A DNA stretch of 64,000 nt from positions 58,214-122,213 of the forward strand of contig MKTD01000003.1 of NCBI GenBank assembly GCA_001898165.1. The letters run 5' to 3'. Source of the stretch: Bacteroidia bacterium 43-41. Its GTDB lineage: Bacteria; Bacteroidota; Bacteroidia; Bacteroidales; Dysgonomonadaceae. Below the pieces are notes generated by a model. That model was not told the DNA's origin. It worked only from the letters and a program-made list of their open reading frames with translations, and ran no database searches. The translations under genes and the position numbers were made by a program. Below, in pieces: positions 19,376-28,292 of this stretch (positions within the stretch are counted from its first letter, which is position 1; each line of letters begins with the position of its first letter).

Positions 19376-22300
19376 TTGAAAAAAGCAGCATTCTATAATC
19401 TTTTTTTTATCGTTCTGCTTTCGGTTAGCGGGATGCAGTCTCTTTTTTCCCAACAGGATACCACCCGGAAAGATATGGAAGTCGTTTATGATTATAAATC
19501 CAACCTCTATATCTTTCAAAACAAGATGGGCACCCTATTTACCATGACTCCCGACGAGTACATGAAATATTCGTTGAAGCAATTGAACAGCAGCTATTTC
19601 AAAGAAAAAAATGCCATCAAAAAAAAGGAAGAACCTGCACAAAAAGAACCTTTATCGCTATTCAACCTACGCAAGAGCAACAGTTTGCTCGAAGAGATTT
19701 TCGGACCCGGCGGAGTGCGGGTAACCACCCAAGGATCGATAGAGCTTACTACCGGGTTGAAAAGAGACGTGCTCAACAACCCTACCCTTCCCGAACGTTC
19801 ACGCAAGCGGAACAGGTTCGATCTCGATCAGCAAATCCAGCTTAACGTCAACGCCAAAGTAGGCAATAAAATCAATTTCGGACTGAATTACAATACCGAT
19901 GCTGCCTTTAATTTCGATACCAGGCGTATAAAACTCGCTTATCAGGGCGATGAAGACGAAATCATCAAAAATATTGAAGCCGGAAACGTAAGCATGACAA
20001 CCGGAAACTCGCTTATTAACGGCGGAATGGCGCTTTTCGGTATCAAGTCGGATTTGCAGTTCGGTAAGTTGCGTGTAAATACTGTTTTGTCGCAACAGGA
20101 GTCGGAATCCAGGACCGTCAGTTCGCGCGGCGGCGTTCAAACCACGCCTTTCGAAATAAATGCCGACCAGTACGACGAGAACCGACATTTTTTTTTAGGT
20201 TACTACTTCCGGGATAATTACGACAGGGCACTGGCAAAAATGCCTTACATTCAATCGGCAGTCTCGATAACACGGCTCGAGGTGTGGGTCACCAACAAGC
20301 AGGGCAACTATGATCAGGCACGTAATGTACTGGCCTTTGCGGATTTAGCTGAGCACAACACCATCCACAATCCGATATGGCAGCCTGCCGGTGCGGAGAT
20401 CGTGCCGCATAACGATGCCAACACGATGTATCAGCAGTTGATTTCAACTTACGTTGCCGCACGCGATATCAGCCAGGCCGCAACGGCTTTCCCTTCAAAT
20501 GTGATTATCGGCCGCGACTACGAGAAAATTGAAAGTGCGCGGCTGTTAACTTCGTCCGAATATACATTCCAGCCGCAATTGGGTTATATTTCATTGCGTA
20601 CGCCGTTGCAGGCAGATGAGGTGCTGGCGGTTGCTTTCGAATATACATACAATGGAAAAGCGTATCAGGTGGGGGAGTTTTCCAGCAATATCGGCCGCGA
20701 AACCACCGGAGCGGCATCCAACCAGAACGGTGCGCTTTTTTTGAAGCTTCTAAAGCCTGTTTCTCTTTCACCGCAAGCCTATACTTGGGATTTGATGATG
20801 AAAAACATCTATTCATTAGGATACAGCGCTTACAATATTCAAAAAGAACGGTTTAAACTCAATATCACTTACCAGAGCGATACCACGGGTGTTTACCTGA
20901 ATTACATCCCCGAAGGCGAGATCCGCGGACAACTGTTGCTGAGAGTGATGAATCTCGACAACCTGAATTCAAAAAACGACCCTTATCCCGACGGTATTTT
21001 CGACTTTCTTGACGGTTACACCATTATGGCCGCCAACGGACGGATCATCTTCCCCGTGCTGGAACCCTTCGGGTCGCACTTGCGGAAAAAATTCAACAAC
21101 GATGCCATAGCCGACAAGTACGTTTATCAGCAACTTTACGATTCCACGCTGACCGTTGCCCGACAAATTGCCGAGAAAAATAAATTCAGGATCTCAGGCG
21201 AATACCGGGGTAGTTCGGGAGCGGAGATCAACCTGAATGCCACTAACGTTACGCGTGGCTCCGTGCGGGTCACTGCCGCCGGTGTTACCCTGACCGAAGG
21301 CACCGATTATACGGTAGATTATATTTCAGGAACGGTAAATATTATCAATCAGGCCATTTTAGATGCGGGAACGCCTGTGACAGTGTCGCTCGAAGATCAG
21401 TCGATGTTTAACATGCAGCGTAAAACGATGATGGGGCTGAACCTGGCTTACGACTTTTCGAAAGATTTTACGGTTGGCGCCACCATCATGCACTTTTACG
21501 AGAAGCCGCTCACCGTGAAGACTACTTTTGGCGAAGAGTCGGTCAAAAATACGCTTTGGGGCCTGAACACCTCGTTCAGGAAGCAATCTTATGCCCTTAC
21601 CAACCTGCTTGATATGCTGCCGTTCGTGGAGGCCTCCGCCCCGTCGCAACTGAGTGCCAACCTGGAGTTTGCCCATACGATTCCCGGGCATTACCGCAAT
21701 AAATACACGGGCGGATATTCATATCTGGACGATTTTGAAACATCCACATCAAGAATCGACTTGCGTTCGCCCTACGGTTGGGCTCTGGCTTCAACGCCTT
21801 TTAACGACACTTCCACGGGGCTGTTTCCCGAAGCGGCATTGTCTAATAATATAGATTACGGGAAAAATCGTGCGCAAATGGCATGGTTTTATATCGACGG
21901 ATTGTTTACACGCCGGAACTCAACGCTTACACCCACCCATATAAAAAACGATAAAGATCAGTTATCCAACCATTTGGTGCGTGAGATCTACGAACGTGAA
22001 ATTTATCCCAACAAAGAAGCTGTTTACGGCGAGCCGCCTACCCTTCCAGTGATGAATATTTCGTTCTATCCCAACGAGCGCGGCCCGTATAACCTGGACA
22101 CCGGCATTGATTCCGAAGGGAAATTACTTAACCCGAAGAACCGCTGGGGAGGAATTACCCGGAAAATGGATATCCGCGATTTTGAAGCGTCAAATATCGA
22201 ATACATTGAATTCTGGCTGATGGATCCCTTTGTAAATGATAAACCGGGGACCGCTCGCGGCGGCGATCTATACTTCAACCTGGGTGAAATATCGGAAGAT

Positions 22301-25300
22301 GTGTTGAAAGACGGAAAGAAGTTCTTTGAAAACGGATTACCCGTAAACGGCGATGCAAGCGCCGTCGGCACAAGCGTTTGGGGAAAATACCCGTTGCGCC
22401 AGTCCACGGTTTATGCTTTCGATAATTCGCTGGGGAATGAGTTGCGCCGCATTCAGGATGTGGGGTTGAACGGATTGAGTACCGAAGAAGAAAAATCGTT
22501 CCCCACCTATGCCACTTATTTAAACGAAATCATACCAAAACTTTCGGACGAGGCGTTGCAGGAAATGCAGGCAGACAAACATTCGTTGCTGAACGATCCT
22601 TCGGGAGACAATTTCAGGCATTATAGGGGACAGGAACAAGACCAGGCACAATTGAGCATCCTGGATCGTTATAAATACTATAACGGGACCGAGGGAAATT
22701 CTCTCGCACCCAATGAAGCGCAACCCTATTCCACCGCCTCGCGCACAACACCCGATGTGGAAGATATAGATAATGATAACACGCTGAACGAGAACGAGTC
22801 ATATTATCAATATAAAGTGCAGCTTCGTCCCGGAAATATGACGGTGGGGAGCAATTACATCGTTGATAAACGCGAAGTAAGCGTTTCATTACGTAACGGT
22901 GAAACAGGGAAAGTGAACTGGTACCAGTTTAAAATTCCTATCCGTGATTTTCAGTCACGGGTAGGTAATATTCAGGGATTCAACAATATCCGATTTATGC
23001 GAATGTTCCTGACCGGTTTTGAACAACCTGTCTTTCTCCGGTTTGCCACACTGGAACTTGTACGCAGCGAATGGCGGACATACACCCGGAGCATCCAGTC
23101 GGGCGGAACCGTGTCGGGATTGGGAAAACTGGAAATTTCAACCGTAAATATTGAAGAGAACGGCGACCGTACTCCCGTGAATTACGTCCTGCCGCCGGGT
23201 GTGACGCGTATCCTCGATCCGAGCCAGCCACAGCTCCGCCAACAAAATGAACAGTCCATTGCACTGAAGGTGAGCGATCTTGATCCGGGCGATTCCCGTG
23301 CTATCTACAAAAACACCCTCTATGACTTTCGTCGTTACAAACGCCTCCAGATGTTTGTCCACGCCGAAGAAGCGGCGGACGGCGCCACTCACCTGCAAGA
23401 CGATGAGATGAGTGTTTTTCTGCGTATAGGCTCCGATTACCGGAACAATTATTACGAATACGAAATTCCGCTCAAATTAACTCCTGCAGGACATTACAAC
23501 ACCAACATCCCCGAACATCAGGAAACGGTTTGGAAACCCGGAAACATGTTCGATTTTCCGCTTGAACTGTTGACAGACCTGAAACTGAAACGTAATGCCG
23601 AAAAACGCCGCGGAAGTGATGTTACCTATCTTACGCCTTATTCCGAGGCCGATCCCCAAAAGCCGGACAACAAGTTAACCATTGTGGGAAATCCATCGCT
23701 TGCCGAAGTGAAAGTGATGATGATTGGCATCAGGAACAACTCCAACACCAACAAATCGATCGAAGTGTGGGTAAACGAACTCAGGTTGAGCGAATTCGAC
23801 GAAAAAGGAGGCTGGGCAGCACAGGGGAACGTCAATCTCGCGTTGTCGGATATCGGGGCGGTAAATATTTCGGGAAGGAAAGAGACGGTGGGTTTCGGCA
23901 GTCTCAACCAAAGGTTGCTGGAACGCCGGAACGACGATTATTCGTCAATAAATCTCGCTGTAAATATGGAGCTCGGAAGATTCCTGCCTGCGCAGGTAAA
24001 GATCTCCGCCCCTTTCTATTATTCGTATTCCAATCAAAAAACAGTACCGCTGTATGATCCGCTCGACCAGGATATTTTGCTTTCGGAATCACTGAAAAAC
24101 ATCAATAGCAAACAGGAAAGAGATTCAATCAACAGGCTGGCTGTCACACAAAACACGAGTAAAAGTCTGAGCCTGAACAACGTAAAAATGAACATAAAGA
24201 GTAAAAATCCGATGCCTTATGATCCGGCAAATTTCAGTTTCGGATACTCTTACAACGAGAATCATTACCAAAATCCCGAAACCGAATACAACAACAGCAT
24301 CCATCAGCGATTACTGGTAAACTATACTTATACACCGCTCGTGAAACCGGTTGAACCTTTTAAAAACATACAAAGCAACTCGGGTTGGCTGAAATTTATA
24401 AAGTCCCTTAATTTTAATTACCTGCCAAACAATATCCAAATCAGTTCCAACCTGATCCGAAATTATCAGGAAGCGCAGTTGCGTGATTTAAACGCATATA
24501 TGTCCGGATATACACAATCGCAACGGCAATATCTAACGTTCAGCCAAAACTTTACCTGGGACAGGGATTTTTCGATTACCTGGGACTTGACCCGGAACCT
24601 GAAAACTTCTTTTCATTCGGGAACGATTGCCGAAATAGAGGAACCCTACCTGCAGGTAAACAAAAAACTCAATCGCGACGATTATGAGATTTGGAAGGAT
24701 TCCGTGATTCAGAGCATTCAGAACTTAGGTAAACCGCTCAATTACGAGCAAACGGCAGATGTAACCTATACCCTTCCGTTTGCTGCTATTCCGGTTCTGG
24801 ACTGGATAAATTCGAGTGTGGCGTATAATTCACGTTACCGTTGGGAGCGCGGTGCGTTTATCCGCGACGAAAATATCGGCAATTTCCTTCAGAACGATAT
24901 GTCGATCACGGCAAATACGCGGTTTAACCTGATTCAGTTTTACAACAAATTTGATTTTTTGAAGAAAGTCAATCAACGCTTTGATACTGCAAATCCTTCA
25001 GGTGTGAGTGAGGCACGGGTCGCCCAATATATGCTGCGTGGCCTGATGATGATACGTAGCGTGAATGTGAATTTCGGTTACAAATCCAGAACCGATATCC
25101 CGGGTTTTGACCCCATGATTGGAGATTTCTTCGGACAAAGCCATATGTCTTCAGGATTGATTCCCGGGTTGGGCTTTGCGTTCGGCTTTGATGGCGGTGA
25201 ACGTTTTCTGGAAAAGGCTGACGCCCACAATTGGCTGGTTAAAAACAACAACAATATCTCGCCGGCCATATACCACCGGACACAAAATATACGTATGGAC

Positions 25301-26452
25301 GCCACTATCGAGCCGCTCCGCGGGTTAAAAATAGAGCTGAATGCGCTGTACGAAAATAATCGCCGGACGGAAATCCAATATATGTTCGACGGGGTACCCA
25401 AGCTTTATGGCGGAAGTTTTGCGATAAGTACGATAGGCCTGGCTTCAGCTTTTGAAAACTCAAGCGCAAGGAATGATTATGCTTCGGCATCCTTCAGCCG
25501 GTTTTTGACAAACCGGGAGGTTGTGGCCGAAAGAGTGAGCGCCCAATACCAGAACCAGAGTGTGAACCCGAATTCGGCAGATGTGTTGATCCCCGCTTTC
25601 TTGGCGGCTTACACGGGACGGGATGCCCATAAGGTCGGGCTGACTGCTTTTCCCGGACTGCCGTCGCTTCTGCCCAATTGGGACGTTTCGTACAACATTT
25701 TGCAAATGTTGCCGATGCTCCAGGCAAATTTCAAATCATTGATGCTTACGCATAAATATGTTTCGCAGTATCGTGTCGGGGCGTTTTCGTCGTTCCTCAG
25801 CTGGGTGCCTATGGACGATCATTCCGACCTGGGGTATATTCGCGATGTGCTTACGGGACTGCCTGTTCCGTCGTCGCCTTACGATATTCCGGCAGTAAAC
25901 CTTATCGAAAGTTTCAATCCGCTCATCGAAGTGCGCAGTGTACTCGATAACAACATGATGCTTAATTTCCGCATTAACCGCACACGTTCGCTCAACCTGA
26001 ATATCTCATCTTATCAGATTGTGGAAACCAGCGACAACGATATCGTTATCGGACTGGGTTACCGCCTGCCCGATTTTAACCGTATTATCGGCTTCGGTTC
26101 CAACTCCATGAAAGCCGATAGGCGGCGGACACGCGTAAACCGCACACAACAAACGCAACAGGACAACGTTGGCAACTTACCGGAATTTAACAACGATTTA
26201 AACATCCGGGTGGATATCTCGCATAAAGTCACGCAGGCCCTTATTCGGAAGATCGAAGACCGGTTTACACAGGCAACCAGCGGATTGAAAACTACCAGCA
26301 TCCGTTTTTCTGCCGATTATGCATTGAGCCGGTCACTCACGCTACGTGCGTTTTTTGATAAAATAATAAACATGCCGTTAGTCTCGTCATCGGCATACCC
26401 CACCGCCAACACCAATGCAGGAATGAGCTTGCGGTTGAATTTGAATCCGTAA
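19376..26452 (+). CDS. sprA: Type IX secretion system translocon SprA (Sov)
   Basis: 2358-aa secreted protein with a TTG start and the signal-like N-terminus MKKAAFYNLFFIVLLSVSG. Size, the ruvA-sprA synteny, and sequence such as RIKLAYQGDEDEIIKNIEAGNVSM and WVNELRLSEFDEKGGWAA match the SprA family. Confidence 0.9.
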   Translation: MKKAAFYNLFFIVLLSVSGMQSLFSQQDTTRKDMEVVYDYKSNLYIFQNKMGTLFTMTPDEYMKYSLKQLNSSYFKEKNAIKKKEEPAQKEPLSLFNLRKSNSLLEEIFGPGGVRVTTQGSIELTTGLKRDVLNNPTLPERSRKRNRFDLDQQIQLNVNAKVGNKINFGLNYNTDAAFNFDTRRIKLAYQGDEDEIIKNIEAGNVSMTTGNSLINGGMALFGIKSDLQFGKLRVNTVLSQQESESRTVSSRGGVQTTPFEINADQYDENRHFFLGYYFRDNYDRALAKMPYIQSAVSITRLEVWVTNKQGNYDQARNVLAFADLAEHNTIHNPIWQPAGAEIVPHNDANTMYQQLISTYVAARDISQAATAFPSNVIIGRDYEKIESARLLTSSEYTFQPQLGYISLRTPLQADEVLAVAFEYTYNGKAYQVGEFSSNIGRETTGAASNQNGALFLKLLKPVSLSPQAYTWDLMMKNIYSLGYSAYNIQKERFKLNITYQSDTTGVYLNYIPEGEIRGQLLLRVMNLDNLNSKNDPYPDGIFDFLDGYTIMAANGRIIFPVLEPFGSHLRKKFNNDAIADKYVYQQLYDSTLTVARQIAEKNKFRISGEYRGSSGAEINLNATNVTRGSVRVTAAGVTLTEGTDYTVDYISGTVNIINQAILDAGTPVTVSLEDQSMFNMQRKTMMGLNLAYDFSKDFTVGATIMHFYEKPLTVKTTFGEESVKNTLWGLNTSFRKQSYALTNLLDMLPFVEASAPSQLSANLEFAHTIPGHYRNKYTGGYSYLDDFETSTSRIDLRSPYGWALASTPFNDTSTGLFPEAALSNNIDYGKNRAQMAWFYIDGLFTRRNSTLTPTHIKNDKDQLSNHLVREIYEREIYPNKEAVYGEPPTLPVMNISFYPNERGPYNLDTGIDSEGKLLNPKNRWGGITRKMDIRDFEASNIEYIEFWLMDPFVNDKPGTARGGDLYFNLGEISEDVLKDGKKFFENGLPVNGDASAVGTSVWGKYPLRQSTVYAFDNSLGNELRRIQDVGLNGLSTEEEKSFPTYATYLNEIIPKLSDEALQEMQADKHSLLNDPSGDNFRHYRGQEQDQAQLSILDRYKYYNGTEGNSLAPNEAQPYSTASRTTPDVEDIDNDNTLNENESYYQYKVQLRPGNMTVGSNYIVDKREVSVSLRNGETGKVNWYQFKIPIRDFQSRVGNIQGFNNIRFMRMFLTGFEQPVFLRFATLELVRSEWRTYTRSIQSGGTVSGLGKLEISTVNIEENGDRTPVNYVLPPGVTRILDPSQPQLRQQNEQSIALKVSDLDPGDSRAIYKNTLYDFRRYKRLQMFVHAEEAADGATHLQDDEMSVFLRIGSDYRNNYYEYEIPLKLTPAGHYNTNIPEHQETVWKPGNMFDFPLELLTDLKLKRNAEKRRGSDVTYLTPYSEADPQKPDNKLTIVGNPSLAEVKVMMIGIRNNSNTNKSIEVWVNELRLSEFDEKGGWAAQGNVNLALSDIGAVNISGRKETVGFGSLNQRLLERRNDDYSSINLAVNMELGRFLPAQVKISAPFYYSYSNQKTVPLYDPLDQDILLSESLKNINSKQERDSINRLAVTQNTSKSLSLNNVKMNIKSKNPMPYDPANFSFGYSYNENHYQNPETEYNNSIHQRLLVNYTYTPLVKPVEPFKNIQSNSGWLKFIKSLNFNYLPNNIQISSNLIRNYQEAQLRDLNAYMSGYTQSQRQYLTFSQNFTWDRDFSITWDLTRNLKTSFHSGTIAEIEEPYLQVNKKLNRDDYEIWKDSVIQSIQNLGKPLNYEQTADVTYTLPFAAIPVLDWINSSVAYNSRYRWERGAFIRDENIGNFLQNDMSITANTRFNLIQFYNKFDFLKKVNQRFDTANPSGVSEARVAQYMLRGLMMIRSVNVNFGYKSRTDIPGFDPMIGDFFGQSHMSSGLIPGLGFAFGFDGGERFLEKADAHNWLVKNNNNISPAIYHRTQNIRMDATIEPLRGLKIELNALYENNRRTEIQYMFDGVPKLYGGSFAISTIGLASAFENSSARNDYASASFSRFLTNREVVAERVSAQYQNQSVNPNSADVLIPAFLAAYTGRDAHKVGLTAFPGLPSLLPNWDVSYNILQMLPMLQANFKSLMLTHKYVSQYRVGAFSSFLSWVPMDDHSDLGYIRDVLTGLPVPSSPYDIPAVNLIESFNPLIEVRSVLDNNMMLNFRINRTRSLNLNISSYQIVETSDNDIVIGLGYRLPDFNRIIGFGSNSMKADRRRTRVNRTQQTQQDNVGNLPEFNNDLNIRVDISHKVTQALIRKIEDRFTQATSGLKTTSIRFSADYALSRSLTLRAFFDKIINMPLVSSSAYPTANTNAGMSLRLNLNP
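26417..26452 (+). repeat. Direct repeat, left copy (the last 11 codons plus stop of sprA)
   Basis: GCAGGAATGAGCTTGCGGTTGAATTTGAATCCGTAA encodes AGMSLRLNLNP*. It is 31/36 identical to 31201-31236. Confidence 0.85.
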
Positions 26453-26457
26453 ATTGT

Positions 26458-26502
26458 GTATCTTTGTCACGCAATAAATCGCAATAAAGATACGTATTTT
26501 TT
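26458..26502 (+). terminator. Probable terminator after sprA; its stem also contains a TATCTTTG -7 box (26459-26466) for the ECF sigma gene
   Basis: GTATCTTT(GT)...(AT)AAAGATAC forms an 8-10-bp stem followed by GTATTTTTT. The TAnnTTTG box lies 54 nt upstream of the sigma-factor ATG. Confidence 0.45.
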
Positions 26503-26519
26503 AAACTAACAGTGTCTTT

Positions 26520-27137
26520 ATGATAAACCCAATTGTTTTGTCAAAAACAGACAGTAATACCAAACAACTTTTTCTGGAAATAAGCACCGAAAACCGGGAT
26601 GCTTTCAATGCTTTGTTTCACCGGAAATACGAAAAGCTGGTGCGGTTTGCACAAAATTTTGTTGCAGTAAACAGCCTGGCAGAAGAAGCGGTATCAGACG
26701 TTTTTGTATCGGTTTGGATCAACAGGGACAAGCTGCCTGCTATTGATAATCCCGATACCTATTTATATGTTTCCGTGAAAAACAGATGCCTCAACACCCT
26801 GCGAAGTAAACCTTATACCGTAGCTATTGATGAACAACCCGATATAAAAAAAACGGAGTACGACACCCCCCATAAAGAAATGGAGTATCGGGAGCTGTAT
26901 GAAAAACTGAACCGGTTAATCAACCAACTTCCTGAACAACAACGTCTGGTTTTCAGAATGATCAAAGAGAACGGACTTTCGGCAAAAGAATGTGCCCGGA
27001 TCCTAAATATTTCGGTTCGTACCGCAGAAACGCACGTTTACAAAGCCGTGAAGAAGCTCGAAGAAGAAATTACCGCATACCTGGGTTATTCGCCCAAGAA
27101 GAAAACAACGAAACGGATGATTATGCTGGCATTATAG
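26520..27137 (+). CDS. ECF RNA polymerase sigma-70 factor (Bacteroides expansion family)
   Basis: Region 2 (FNALFHRKYEKLVRFAQNFV...AEEAVSDVFVSVW) and region 4 HTH (LPEQQRLVFRMIKENGLSAKECARILNISVRTAETHVYKAVKKL). Confidence 0.85.
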   Translation: MINPIVLSKTDSNTKQLFLEISTENRDAFNALFHRKYEKLVRFAQNFVAVNSLAEEAVSDVFVSVWINRDKLPAIDNPDTYLYVSVKNRCLNTLRSKPYTVAIDEQPDIKKTEYDTPHKEMEYRELYEKLNRLINQLPEQQRLVFRMIKENGLSAKECARILNISVRTAETHVYKAVKKLEEEITAYLGYSPKKKTTKRMIMLAL

Positions 27138-27227
27138 GTGTAAGAGGTTACGTATTTTTTATCGTTCTTGTGTCCTTATTATAAACACTGTTTAAACCCA
27201 ACTTTGAACATTAAGCAAGCAAATAGA

Positions 27228-28253
27228 ATGACAAAAAAAACATTCCTTCATCTGCTCGCAAAAGAAATATCCGGCAATATTTCGTGCGACGAGAAGAGAC
27301 GGTTGGACGAAAACCTCAAGAAAAATAAGGTTTTACATGAAGTATATACCGAAACACATCGGTTTATGAAACCGGAACACAATAGACCTGCCGTAAACGT
27401 GGAAGCCAGGCTCAACGAAGTCTGGAACCGCATCAACACGATTTATGATGAAAATATAATCCCATCAAACAATCCCGATACAGGAAAAAGAGGCCTCTTG
27501 CCGTTGTGGGCACGTGTGGCGGTAACCGTCGCCATTTTGTTGTTGGCAGGATATTTTGCGTACCGCATGGTTACACCGGAGGATCTTTACACCGAAACCA
27601 TTACTGCCACAGACGAAAATCTCTACACCGTTCTCGACGACGGCACGCAGGTGTGGATGGGCAAACACTCGCAGATTGCCTACAACAAACGCTTCGGCAT
27701 AAAAAACCGCAGTATCCGCCTTTCGGGAGAAGCGTTCTTTGATGTGGCACACAATCCCGCCGTGCCTCTCACGGTTTTGGCAAACGGTGTAAGCGTTACC
27801 GTAAAAGGTACGGCATTTAACGTAAACGCATCGCAACCCGACGTGGAAGTGGCGCTTATCCGCGGATGGGTAACGGTGAAAGATATGCGCCGAAAAGATT
27901 CACCCGAAGTGCTGTTGCATCCCAACCAAAAAATGATGGTACGCAACGGAAACACCGTTTCCGACAACAGTAACTATACGATACTCAGCCTTGTGCAAGC
28001 CGGTGACAGCATCGTGCCCGAGACCCGTTGGCTGAACGATGCGCTGGTTTTCCGGAAGCAACGTTTTGCCGGTATCGCCAAACTGATGGAAAGCCGCTAC
28101 AACGTATCCATCGATATTGTGAATCCGCAACTTCGTGAGCAACGCTTCACAGGAAGCATCAAAAACGAAACCTTACCACAAATGCTCGATGCACTGAAAC
28201 AGTCGTATCCGTTTTCGTATGAAATTACTGATAAAATAGTGATAATCAGGTGA
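27228..28253 (+). CDS. FecR-family anti-sigma factor
   Basis: Cytoplasmic N-domain, a single TM helix (LLPLWARVAVTVAILLLAGYFAY) and a periplasmic FecR domain (LSGEAFFDVAHNP..PLTV..VKGTAFNV). The ATG at 27228 is preferred over the ORF start at 27168. Confidence 0.8.
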   Translation: MTKKTFLHLLAKEISGNISCDEKRRLDENLKKNKVLHEVYTETHRFMKPEHNRPAVNVEARLNEVWNRINTIYDENIIPSNNPDTGKRGLLPLWARVAVTVAILLLAGYFAYRMVTPEDLYTETITATDENLYTVLDDGTQVWMGKHSQIAYNKRFGIKNRSIRLSGEAFFDVAHNPAVPLTVLANGVSVTVKGTAFNVNASQPDVEVALIRGWVTVKDMRRKDSPEVLLHPNQKMMVRNGNTVSDNSNYTILSLVQAGDSIVPETRWLNDALVFRKQRFAGIAKLMESRYNVSIDIVNPQLREQRFTGSIKNETLPQMLDALKQSYPFSYEITDKIVIIR

Positions 28254-28292
28254 TAAATTAGAACAGCCGTCAGACACGTAAAATCAAAAATT